Positions 1 to 9,277 of a DNA stretch of 13,079 bases are shown here, one piece after another (positions within the stretch are counted from its first letter, which is position 1; every line of letters begins with the position of its first letter). Under the pieces are notes generated by a model that saw only the letters and a list, made by a program, of their open reading frames with translations, did not search any database and was not told where the DNA came from. The stretch is taken from NCBI RefSeq assembly GCF_006345805.1, contig NW_021826346.1, positions 1-13,079 on the forward strand. The letters are read 5' to 3'. Source of the DNA: Octopus sinensis. Its lineage: Eukaryota. A program made the translations under genes and the position numbers.

Positions 1-232
1 AGGTATGTGTATAATGTATATTCATACATACAATTATATATGCATGTGTGTTGTGTGTGTGTATATATGTATAATGTATATGCATACATACAAATATATA
101 TGTATGTGTGTGTGTGCGCGGTATATATATATATATGCACGCATGTATAAATATATATGTATATATATGGTACAATATATATGTATATATGTACGTACAT
201 ATACATATAATAATGTATATTATACATATGTA

Positions 233-269
<37 letters not shown>

Positions 270-346
270 CGGGAAGCTTACGAAAATAAACAGAAGACGA
301 AGGCAGGTTTATATATATATATATACGCACACACACACACACATAT

Positions 347-407
<61 letters not shown>
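1..407. repeat. Compound (TA)n/(TG)n/(CA)n microsatellite region with a short non-repetitive island at 270-306
   Basis: Direct inspection; long pure (TA)n run about 345-407. ORF 5..289 is only the translated microsatellite. Confidence 0.95.
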
Positions 408-410
<3 letters not shown>

Positions 411-931
411 TATGCACGCGCCTCTGACTGTGCGTGTACGTGTATGAGCGCCCGCGCAGCGCTTCGATTTGTCTGGACATTATTAAGTCAGTAACATGTA
501 TACTAATTTTTTTCTCCTGGGCATGCGATCACATATTCTATATCTATGCAAGCCAAAATAGCTTTAATTTTATGCGCAAACGCATACACGCACGCACACA
601 CACACGTGTATGAATGTATGTATGTATATGTGTATTTATATAACATATCCCAAGACGGCCACATTTTTTGCTGTCTTCCTTTAAAGCGCTTGTCTTTTGA
701 ATAACTGCAGACAGAAATGACAGTTAGGCATTGCTTTCGTTTTGATTAATGGTCAAAAGTAAAACATAAACATGGATACATATACACAATGGAGAACGCA
801 CATATGTGTGAATATAGGCATAAATATATATCTGTGTGTATTTGTATTTATAAATAAATAAATAAATATATATATCCCTCTATGCATGTATGTGTATAAA
901 TTATACATACTATAGCTATAGCTATATTATG

Positions 932-933
<2 letters not shown>

Positions 934-971
<38 letters not shown>
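934..971. repeat. (TC)n microsatellite
   Basis: Uninterrupted TC dinucleotide run. Confidence 0.97.
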
Positions 972-974
<3 letters not shown>

Positions 975-1043
975 AAATATACATGTGTATGTGCGTTTGT
1001 GTGTGTATATATACATATACATTTATATTAGGCCGATATTCAA

Positions 1044-1517
1044 TGAATGTTTTAAATGGAAAAATAGGAGTGAAAATATGACTTTTCGAACATGTCTATT
1101 CGTCAGAGAGAAAAAAAAAGATTCCAGTGGATAAGAAAGTGCGAAAGGAGCTGAGAGTTCGACAGGCATGGTAAATAAATAGATGTCTAGAAAGAAGTGC
1201 GCGAGTTGGAGACAAAGAAAGGAGCGATGTTGGGAAGGAGAAAGAAGGTGCAAAAACCGCAGACGATTTGCAGTCAACGTTGGAGAATCGTCGTACTCCG
1301 AAGGAATTCAAATGTGTAACATGATCTAAATGTTGAAGGTGATCCACTAATTAAGTACGCGAAATCATCGTTGGGACGGGTGTCGAAGATTCGTGTAAGC
1401 TTAGGAAAAAAACAAAGAAAAAATAAACAGTCAATTTGACGTGCTCAGGGTACATAGGGAATATATCAGATTGACACATGGTGAATATTTTTGATGGAAA
1501 AATAGGAGTGAAAATAT
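1044..1517 (+). repeat. Pair of 36-bp direct repeats (1044-1079, 1482-1517) bounding an unclassified 438-bp-period segment
   Basis: 33/36 identity, including an exact 24-mer atggaaaaataggagtgaaaatat; the second copy abuts the truncation point of the LINE. Confidence 0.75.
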
Positions 1518-1607
1518 AATGAGCCATTCCCCGAGTTTTCCTGTGATACCAAAATCCTTTAGCCTATGACAGACGATTTTATGATCACTCTTGTCACATG
1601 CTTTAGT

Positions 1608-1906
1608 GGAGGCACATGGCCTAGTGGTTAGAGCCGCGAACTCGCGGTCAAGGGATCGCGGGTTCGAATCTCGGACCAGGCGATGTGTGTGTTTATGAGC
1701 AAAACATTTAAGCTCTACGCTGCTTCGGCAGAAGGTAATGGCAAACTTCTGCTTATTCATTCTCCACAACTTTCTCTCACTCTTTCCTCCTGCATCTTGC
1801 AGCTCACCTGCGATGGACCGGGGTCCCGTCCAGGTGGGGAACCTATACGCCAATGAAACCGGGAAACCGGCTTTTATGAGCCAGGCATGGCTCCAGAAGG
1901 AACAAA
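1608..1906 (+). mobile_element. tRNA-derived SINE (family A, tail type 1) with 18-bp target-site duplication
   Basis: A box tggcctagtgg, B box ggttcgaatc; body shared with 4491 and 7463 copies; TSD cttgtcacatgctttagt (1590-1607) vs cttgtcaaatgctttagt (1907-1924), 17/18. Confidence 0.93.
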
Positions 1907-3223
1907 CTTGTCAAATGCTTTAGTAAAATCAAAGCTATATACAGTCAATGTCCGTTCCTCTCAAGAGATTATTGAGGATAGTGTTATAGCGCTGTAATAG
2001 TTGTGAAAGTCAACTTTGTCCAGTCCGAAAACCATGATTTGTATTATCTAGGAGGCTGTTTTCCTCAAGGTATGAAATTATTCTTCTTCGGGCAGATGTA
2101 AGAGAAACAAGTTTGAAATTTTTAGTTCCAGCCCAGCTACGTCCTTTGTGTATTGGTGTTACCGTTTCGTCTTTCCGTAGTTCTGGGAATGTGCCAGTTT
2201 CTAGTGACTTTCGAAATAGCATCCTTATTAGTTTGGCGAATTTTTTTGCACGTTCTTAACAGTATGACAGGGTGACAATCTGATCTTGATGCCGATTTTG
2301 AACATAGTTCATTAATAGCTGCAAGTATATCATCTTCCATAATATCTAGACGTTTCTCTGCAGTTGATTTCTGAGAATCAAAGAATTCGTTTGGGTTATA
2401 TACTATTTTTGTTGACTCGAGTGCGTATATTTTGTGATGAATCTTTAGTATATGGCCCATTTTTACGAGTTGACTTTACGATTTGACTCATGATTTGTCT
2501 TTACATTTTCCACTGGTCGATGTTCGTTTTGCGAAGTTTCTTTTCGTAAGAGATTTTTAGGTCTTCATTTTCTTATAGTTTTTTTTCGCAATCTCATCTA
2601 TTCAGAAGATTTGGTTTTTCTTTTCTTTTCTTTTTTTTTTTTGTTTGCTTTTTAGTTGTTTTGGTTGTTTGATTCTATTACGTGGTAGTATCTGTCTCTC
2701 TCGCGGAATCAAGTTCTGGCGGGAATAAGTGGGTTTATATGAGGGTATGTTTCCGACAGATTTTGATTAACTCTACTTACAGAAACTTCATTTCCTAGTC
2801 AACCTTGATATTACCAATCTGCTGAGACCAATTTATTTTGAGGAAATTCAGTTTCGATTTTCTTCCATTTGGCTTTCCTGAAATTGAAGTTCATGACGAA
2901 TGAGTCATGTTTGATGTTAGTTGTGTGTGTGTATGTGTGTGTGTCGTCCTCTTTGAACCACATACAAATAATTGCATAATGTTGTGATCAGAAATAGCTA
3001 TCGGAATGACACGAACATTGTGAATAAAGTCTGTATTTGTGATCGAGTTTTTTTTTTTTTCCAAGATGGATAGGTAATGACTTGTTGCATGACAAAGGCT
3101 TTAGTGATATGGAGGAGAGCGTTCATATCGCTCCTGTTCATTTGTTTAATTCCAGGTCGGATAGAGTCGTCAGACCAGCTGAAACTACAAAAATTAAAGT
3201 CCCCTGTAAGAAGTACACTGGCC

Positions 3224-3386
3224 GGATCTTTTCACTTTGACCGGCAGATTTTTAAAATAATTTCTTTGTAACTAAACACTTTTAAACTTCGTATACTGAT
3301 ACAATGTGTTACATAAAACATCTTTTTCTCTTGTCTTTCTTGAGAAAATTATTTGTTGTTTAATTTCTTGCATTTCGGCAAGATCC
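3224..3386 (+). mobile_element. Internally deleted copy of the GGATC-ended MITE
   Basis: About 150 bp homologous to the left part of 10877-11308, then the terminal aagatcc; 8-bp TSD cactggcc (3216-3223) / cattggcc (3387-3394). Confidence 0.88.
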
Positions 3387-3656
3387 CATTGGCCTGTCGT
3401 CTACCCTCCCTTAGGGTTTAACTTACGAGTGACAAACCATCCCTAAAGTTATCTCCGTGGCTAATCGCATCACAAGGACTGTAGGTAATGCCTAAAGTCA
3501 AAATAAGATCGACTGCGTGCGTTATTGGTGTATTATTATACACTGTATTGAAGTGGGAGAGATGGACATTTTTTTTCTAGGTCTTATTTCTAAAATATTC
3601 TAGGTCTTTTTTTTATGCGAATGACTGAATAGAATGAAAGTAGCATTGTAGAACAA

Positions 3657-3891
3657 AGGTGGCGAGCTGGCAGAATTGTTAGCACACCGGGCGAAATGCT
3701 CAGCAGTATTTCGTCTGCCGTTACGTTCTGAGTTCAAATTCCGCCGAGGTCGACTTTGCCTTTCATCCTTTCGGAGTCGATTAAATAAGTACCAGTTACG
3801 CACTGGGGTCGATATAATCGACTCAATCCGTTTGTCTGTCCTTGTTTGTCCTCTCTGTGTTTAGCCCCTTGTGGATAGTAAAGAAATAAGT
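3657..3891 (+). mobile_element. tRNA-derived SINE (family B)
   Basis: A-box-like tggcagaattg, B box gttcaaattc; homologous to 10104-10335 (minus); TSD attgtagaacaa (3645-3656) / attgtagaataa (3892-3903). Confidence 0.92.
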
Positions 3892-4344
3892 ATTGTAGAA
3901 TAACATACGTTCGGCAGTATTATTGCTCCATCATTAAATATAAAAAATATAATGGAGAATAAATTTGAGATGTAAATAATTATAAAGAAACAAAACTGTT
4001 TACTATTTCAGCATAAATACAATATTCCATGGAGGACGATATGTGTTCGTGAGTTGTTCGTATGCCAATAGTTTGCTTAGCGTTTCAATTGACTTTCGTC
4101 AAATGTTATTCGGTACTGTCTCCGCTCTTTATCCGCTTCCTACCCTCCTCAAAAGAAAAGGGGGTAAAGAAAATCATGGTAAAAAAATAAATTAAGAACA
4201 CAATGAATACGAATTACACATTTATGGCGCCCAAAAGGTTGTAACAATAGCTGTTAAATATGCATAACGAAGACAAAGCATGTACAATGATACACAGATG
4301 TATACATACTTGCCTCGAACTGGATACATAAACACAATCATAGT

Positions 4345-4423
4345 CACACACGTGCATACATATATGCACACACACATACACATACACACACATACATACA
4401 TACATATATATACACACACACTC

Positions 4424-4479
<56 letters not shown>

Positions 4480-4480
4480 C
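4345..4480. repeat. Compound (CA)n/(CATA)n/(TA)n microsatellite
   Basis: Direct inspection. Confidence 0.95.
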
Positions 4481-4490
4481 ATTATATTGT

Positions 4491-4873
4491 AGAGGCGCAA
4501 TGGCCCAGTGGTTAGGGCGCCGAACTTGCGGTCGTAGGATCGAGGTTTCGATTCCCAGACTGGGCGTTGTTAGTGTTTATTGAGCGGAAAAAAACACTTG
4601 AAGCTCCACGAAGATCCGCAGGGGGATGGCGAACCCTGCTGTACTCTTTCACCGCAACTTTCTCTCACTCTTTCTTCCTGTTTCTGTTATACCTATATTT
4701 TCAAAGGGCCAGTCTTGTCACATTCTGTGTCACGCTGAATCTCCCTCGAGAACTACGTTAATGGTACACGTGTCTGTGGAGTACTCAACCACTTGCACGT
4801 TAATTTCACGATCAGGCTGTTCCGTTGATCAGATCGACTCGGACACACGTCGTCGTAACCAATGGAGTGCCAC
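4491..4873 (+). mobile_element. tRNA-derived SINE (family A, tail type 2)
   Basis: A box tggcccagtgg, B box gtttcgattcc; shares head and body up to ctttctctcactctttc with the 1608 and 7463 copies. Confidence 0.9.
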
Positions 4874-4885
4874 GATATATATATG

Positions 4886-5200
4886 ACTGACCATGGGATC
4901 GCGCCTAGAAAGTTACCCTCCCAGGCACAAGTCCGGGCAAGGTTGTTTATGGAAGACCAGCAGTCGCCCATGCATACCGGCCTCCCCTCTCCACGCCACT
5001 AGTGTAATCCAAGGGAAAGGCAATGAGCGATTCAGCTTGGCATCTGTGACGTCGCAGCTCATTTCTACAGCTGAGTGAACTGGACCAACCTGGAATAAAG
5101 TGTCTTGCTCAAGAATACAACACGCAACCCGGTCCAGGATTTGAACTCACAACCTCACGATCGTAAGCTCGACACTCTAACTACTGAGCCATGCGCCTTC
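4886..5200 (-). mobile_element. tRNA-derived SINE (family C)
   Basis: Minus strand reads gaaggcgcatggctcagtagttag (A box) ... gagttcaaatcc (B box), then a cttgagcaagacact central motif typical of SINE conserved domains. Confidence 0.85.
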
Positions 5201-5202
5201 AC

Positions 5203-5270
5203 ACACACACATACACACACACACACTCACACACACACACACACATATACATATATATATATATATAAAT
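5203..5270. repeat. (CA)n/(TA)n microsatellite
   Basis: Direct inspection. Confidence 0.95.
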
Positions 5271-5420
5271 ACCGGAGTAAACACATAAATATGAAACAAG
5301 GTGGAAAAAAGAGTACTCAAATACCAGTGGTAGAGTAATATGCTTTATTTTAAGCAGCAGAAAATTCAACAAAATCTGTTACTCTGAGTTTCTCGTTGCC
5401 GTTCATCAGACAGTTTTTGC
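5271..5420 (-). mobile_element. Short HHR-bearing terminal repeat, probably Penelope-like pLTR (family P1)
   Basis: About 97% identical (5 differences in 150 bp) to 12741-12889; contains a minimal type I HHR and AATAAA, and ends in a microsatellite. PLE assignment follows from the established link between minimal HHRs and PLE pLTRs. Confidence 0.7.
5371..5417 (-). ncRNA. Mirror-image identical minimal type I hammerhead motif on the minus strand
   Basis: Follows from the perfect palindrome. Confidence 0.8.
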
Positions 5421-5421
5421 A

Positions 5422-5468
5422 AAAACTGTCTGATGAACGGCAACGAGAAACTCAGAGTAACAGATTTT
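5422..5468 (+). ncRNA. Minimal type I hammerhead ribozyme motif
   Basis: Stem I aaaactgt / acagatttt (bulged A); CUGAUGA 5430-5436; stem II cg-GCAA-cg with A.A closing; GAAA 5447-5450; near-palindromic stem III a-ctc-a-gag-t; GUA cleavage triplet 5457-5459. Confidence 0.8.
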
Positions 5469-5516
5469 GTTGAATTTTCTGCTGCTTAAAATAAAGTATA
5501 TATATAAATATATAAT

Positions 5517-6713
5517 TAATCAATATAGGGTGGCCAAAAAGTTTGTAGAATTTTTTGCCACCAGCGGCCTAGTGGGAAAAAATTAAATAGTCATAGACCA
5601 TTTTTAAGTTCAACATCACAATCAAGGAACGGCCATAATAGGCCATTCACCCACTAGAAATAACAGCCAAAAGCTTCAACCGCAAAATAACATCAATTCC
5701 GTAAACCAGGAGAAAAATAAAAAAACATTTACCCTGTAATTTCTTATACGATGCACCGTTTCATCTACTGTTTAATGGTAAACTAACCTGATTAAATTAA
5801 ATCAAGCCAATCTTCCATAGGCCCTTAGAATCATCAGTAAGAAATAGCCAAGTCGGAACAGATATTTTCACGAGGCATTTCCGTCTCTGCCTCGGCAATA
5901 TCTGACCTAAAATTTTCAAATCATCGCACACGCGCCAAATTTATCGGCAGCAAATAAATATAAGCCGCCGATTCCATTACGGAATTACTTGGCTATTTCT
6001 TACTGATGATTCTAAGGGCCTATGGAAGATTGGCTTGATTTAATTTAATCAGGTTAGTTTACCATTAAACAGTAGATGAAACGGTGCATCGTATAAGAAA
6101 TTACAGGGTAAATGTTTTTTTAATTTTCTCCTGGTTTACGGAATTGATGTTATTTTGCGGTTGAAGCTTTTGGCTGTTATTTCTAGTGGGTGAATGGCCT
6201 ATTATGGCCGTTCTTTGATTGTGATGTTGAACTTAAAAATGGTCTATGACTATTTAATTTTTTCCCACTAGGCCGCTGGTGGCAAAAAAATTCTACAAAA
6301 TTTTTTGCCACCCTATATTGATTATTATGAATTTTCTGGTTAATTCCGTAATGGAATCGGCGGCTTATATTTATTTGCTGCCGATAAATTTGGCGCGAGT
6401 GCGATGATTTGAAAATTTTAGGTCAGATATTGCCGAGGCAGAGACGGAAATGCCTCGTGAAAATATCTGTTCCGACTTGGCTATTTCTTACTGATGATTC
6501 TAAGGGCCTATGGAAGATTGGCTTGATTTAATTTAATCAGGTTAGTTTACCATTAAACAGTAGATGAAACGGTGCATCGTATAAGAAATTACAGGGTAAA
6601 TGTTTTTTTAATTTTCTCCTGGTTTACGGAATTGATGTTATTTTGCGGTTGAAGCTTTTGGCTGTTATTTCTAGTGGGTGAATGGCCTATTATGGCCGTT
6701 CCTTGATTGTGAT
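5517..6713. repeat. Complex duplication-inversion: A1 (5517-5853), A2 (5854-5987), A1rc (5987-6324), x (6325-6340), A2rc (6341-6474), partial A1rc (6475-6713)
   Basis: Inverted arms of 337/338 bp with a 133-bp spacer; second inverted pair 5615-5987 / 6341-6713 (373 bp); direct repeat 5987-6225 / 6475-6713 at 488-bp period; only a handful of mismatches. Confidence 0.95.
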
Positions 6714-6730
6714 ATATAAATATATATATA

Positions 6731-7570
6731 GTAAAATCAGTCGCCACATCTAAGCAACTGTCCCATGTTACTGCTAGTTTAACCCCTGGCAGATACTCCG
6801 CTAGCTGATTATCGGTGCGACGCTGCACCCACCTATATACAATATACCTTACTAGCAGGGAAAGCGAATAGGATCTCGGGACTGATCCAGTTTCAAGCTA
6901 TTTGGCCCATCCTCTGTCTCGAGTGCCCGGCCGCCAGAGCGATTGGCAGAGTCCGCTCCAGCCAGCAATATATTGTAAACAAGACGGACATCGGTCACTG
7001 ATTCGCAACAAGCAGAATAGCTAGTTGTAAGAGCTCAAGAAGAGGTCTGAGTAGTAACTATAGTATGAGCCAAATAGTATGAAACCGAGTCAGTGTCGCA
7101 ATCCTATTATCTGCTAGAAGAAGGTAGGGGTTCGCTCCCTCTGATAGTAATATATCAGCGTGATCACCGTGACCGACCAGGCTATCAGATGTTGCTACAC
7201 ATCTCTGGTCACAATGCGCTTCGCATTGTTTTAGCCATCAAATGACGCCACCCCGCTGGCTAAGCGAGCAGGCCAATAGAAGAAAGAGTGAGAGAAAGTT
7301 GTGGCGAAGAGTACAGCAGGAATCACCACCAACCCCTACCGAAGCCTCGTGGAGCTTTAGGTGTTTTCGCTCAATAAACACTCACAACGCCCGGTGTGGG
7401 AATCGAAACCGCGATCCTACGACCGCGAGTCCACTGCTCTAACCACTAGACCATTGCGCCTCTACGCTAGAAATGCAGCGTCGTGTAGCTGGAGGATGAT
7501 TTTCCTGGGGATAAACTAGTAGTAATATGGAACAACCACTTTGAAGTGGCGACTGACTTTTTTTGCTTGT
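6731..7570. other. Unclassified segment with diverged inverted ends (6737-6827 vs 7474-7556), flanked by (TA)n
   Basis: 42/53 identity over the outer part plus a shared cgacgctgca; SINE 7155-7463 lies inside. Confidence 0.5.
7155..7463 (-). mobile_element. tRNA-derived SINE (family A, tail type 3)
   Basis: Minus strand gaggcgcaatggtctagtgg (A box), gtttcgattcc (B box); shared family A body. Confidence 0.9.
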
Positions 7571-7634
<64 letters not shown>

Positions 7635-7665
7635 ATATATATATGTATATATATATATACATATA
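7571..7665. repeat. (TA)n microsatellite
   Basis: Direct inspection. Confidence 0.96.
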
Positions 7666-8033
7666 GGCGTAGAAGTGGCTGTGTGGTAAGTAGCTTCCTT
7701 ACGAGCCACATGGTTCCGGGTTCAGTCCCACTGCGTTGTACGTTGGGCAAGTGTCTTCTGCTATAGCCTTGTGAGTGGAGTTGGTAGACGGAAACTGAAA
7801 GAAGCCCGTCGTATATATGTATGTGTGTGTGTGTGCGTGTCTGTGTGCCCCCCCCCCCCAAACATCGCTTCACAAGTTACGTCCCCGTAACTTAGCAGTT
7901 CGGCACAAGAGACCGATAGAATAAGTACTAGGCTTACAAAGAATAAGTCCTAGGGTCGATTTGCTCGACTAAAGGTGGTGCTTCAACATGGCCACAGTCA
8001 AATGACTGAAACAAGTAAAAGGGTAAAAGAGAG
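7666..8033 (+). mobile_element. tRNA-derived SINE (family D) with internal TA/TG microsatellite
   Basis: A-box-like tggctgtgtgg, B-box-like ggttcagtccc; homologous to the split minus-strand copy at 10591-10874 plus 11535-11614; gtaaaag-repeat tail. Confidence 0.87.
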
Positions 8034-8040
8034 TATAGAA

Positions 8041-8082
<42 letters not shown>

Positions 8083-8160
8083 TACACATAGAGACATATA
8101 TGAAAACATACATATGTTCATACATATGTTCATACGTGTGCATGCATTCAAGCAAACACA

Positions 8161-8652
8161 TGCCTTATGGTGGTTATCTACTTCTTATACAGAGTTTGAC
8201 CACCTCCTGTACCTACACCTTAGCACCATCATGGCATCTGATGTGGCTTTTTAAACCAGGCAGTGTTCTGAAAAGCGACCCACATAGATTGAACATCCGA
8301 TTTGGACCAGCAAGAGCTGCAGATAAGTTCTGATCTTTGCGGATCTTAAAATGTCTTTGAAGGCCTCCGTTAGATTTGCAAACCTTCTGGATTTTTATAC
8401 ATCTGTGCCGACAAACGACATCTTCAAACAGAATTTTGCAACACTATCCGCAGTGTGACATTTTTAAGGTCGAGCCTCAGGCCGTTTTGGAGAAGTAGTG
8501 ACTTGTGACACCAATACAGCAATAATAACCATCATCTGCATTCAAAGGTATGCACAGACTTATAGGTAGAATAGTTGCTGGAGGTTCGTTTTCCATGGGT
8601 TCGCAAATGAGATTTGAGCCTAGCAAAAGACAAGCATGGTCACAAACTGCAT
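8161..8652 (-). mobile_element. 3' end of a non-LTR retrotransposon (probably RTE clade) encoding three degenerate C2H2-like fingers, interrupted at 8386-8538
   Basis: Minus translation: VCDH..CLSFARLKSHLRTH-GKRTSSNYSTYKSVHTFEC | KVCKSNGGLQRHFKI..NLCGSLFRTLPGLKSHIRCHDGAKV*; stop at 8213-8215; short 3' UTR with a ggtggt/accacc stem, then a microsatellite. No TGEKP linkers. Confidence 0.6.
8386..8538 (-). repeat. Inverted copy of Gypsy integrase segment 9606-9759
   Basis: About 8 differences in 154 bp (about 95%). Confidence 0.95.
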
Positions 8653-8740
8653 GCATACTTACATACCTACATACATACATGCATACATAAATACATACAT
8701 ACAAACACACATGCATGCATGCATACGTGCATACAGTACA
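8650..8740. repeat. (CATA)n/(CATG)n microsatellite
   Basis: Direct inspection. Confidence 0.9.
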
Positions 8741-8880
8741 GTCTCTCTTGGACTCGTGACCGCTACATCCAATATTCGTCGTCCTGATGGTAAATTGAAG
8801 AATCATTAATTATTGTTATCATTCTCTTTATTGTTTTTTCTCTGTAACTTATAAATATATTTTTCTTTACTACCCACAAG

Positions 8881-9277
8881 GGCAGTTTTTTCTACCCGTG
8901 TCATATGAAATTGTCACCCATAATTATGACCCTAGTATCGATCTATTGCATTTCAATCTGTTTTAGGATTAGGGTTAGGGGTGGGGGAAAGGTATCTTTT
9001 TTTCTTTACAAATGTAAATAAACCCAATCTGTTTCTTAAACGAAGGACATATTCATACGGCACAGAATGTTTTCACCTCAATAGACGTCATTGTTTGGTT
9101 GAAATTGCAGAAATTGAAGAAAAACAACAACAAATATCTTACAAACTATAGAATTTTCTCAATAAAGCCAAGAGAAAAAGATGTTTTATAAACACATTCT
9201 ACCAGTATACGAAGTTTAAAAGTGTTTAGTTATGTGGAAATTATTTTAAAAAACTGCCCTTCAAACCGAAAAGATCC
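8881..9277 (-). mobile_element. GGATC-ended MITE, inverted relative to 10877-11308, outer 19 bp of one TIR missing
   Basis: Reverse-complement homology along its length; ends ctgcccttcaaaccgaaaagatcc; three TTAGG(A/G) units at 8963-8980; truncated end joined to a short SINE family B tail fragment. Confidence 0.92.

Larger units (their letters stand above)
1520..3560 (-). mobile_element. Decayed CR1-like LINE ORF2 fragment (APE endonuclease C-half, linker, N-terminal RT), interrupted by a MITE, a SINE, poly-T and GT tracts
   Basis: Minus-strand manual translation gives, in order: LGITYSPC (YRPP-like), VLLTGDFN, QQVITYPSW, HNVRVIPIAISDHNIM (SDH), KLNFLKINW, IPRERQIL, ILAAINEL, KSLETGTFP..VTPIHKG..NFKLVSLTS, HGFRTGQS*LSQLL, DFTKAFDK and DHKIVCHRLKDFGITGKLGEWL. 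Many stops and frameshifts. Confidence 0.93.
5343..5496. repeat. Perfect 154-bp palindrome (77-bp arms, no spacer)
   Basis: Base-by-base check: 5343-5419 is the exact reverse complement of 5420-5496; centre tttttg|caaaaa. Confidence 0.98.

Noticed and set aside
5-289. 94-aa ORF and similar Y/I/C/V/H/T-rich ORFs (4222-4500, 4280-4492, 7439-7873, 8040-8333, 12578-12802)
   Set aside because: They are translations of TA/CA/TG microsatellites and SINE sequence.
270-306. 37-bp island between TA tracts resembling the end of another microsatellite-bounded repeat
   Set aside because: Too short and no second copy in the window to support a call.
1027-1420. Possible Tc1/mariner left end and HTH fragment
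   Set aside because: Only vague motif resemblance with stops; no second TIR or DDE/D region.
1608-1680. tRNA genes at SINE heads (also 4491, 5200, 7463)
   Set aside because: Acceptor stems do not close, no poly-T terminator, and each continues into a SINE body.
1431-1853. 140-aa ORF as a real gene
   Set aside because: Chimera of antisense SINE and a short LINE RT stretch.
5517-6324. A single foldback or TIR transposon with 337-bp TIRs
   Set aside because: The spacer is duplicated again outside the supposed right TIR, which fits a tandem unit plus template switch better.
5987-6713. CRISPR-like array
   Set aside because: Repeats are hundreds of bp, only two copies, eukaryotic context, no cas genes.
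8161-8652. Host C2H2 zinc-finger gene exon
   Set aside because: No TGEKP linkers, frameshifted, and ends in a short UTR plus microsatellite like a retroelement 3' end; not fully excluded.
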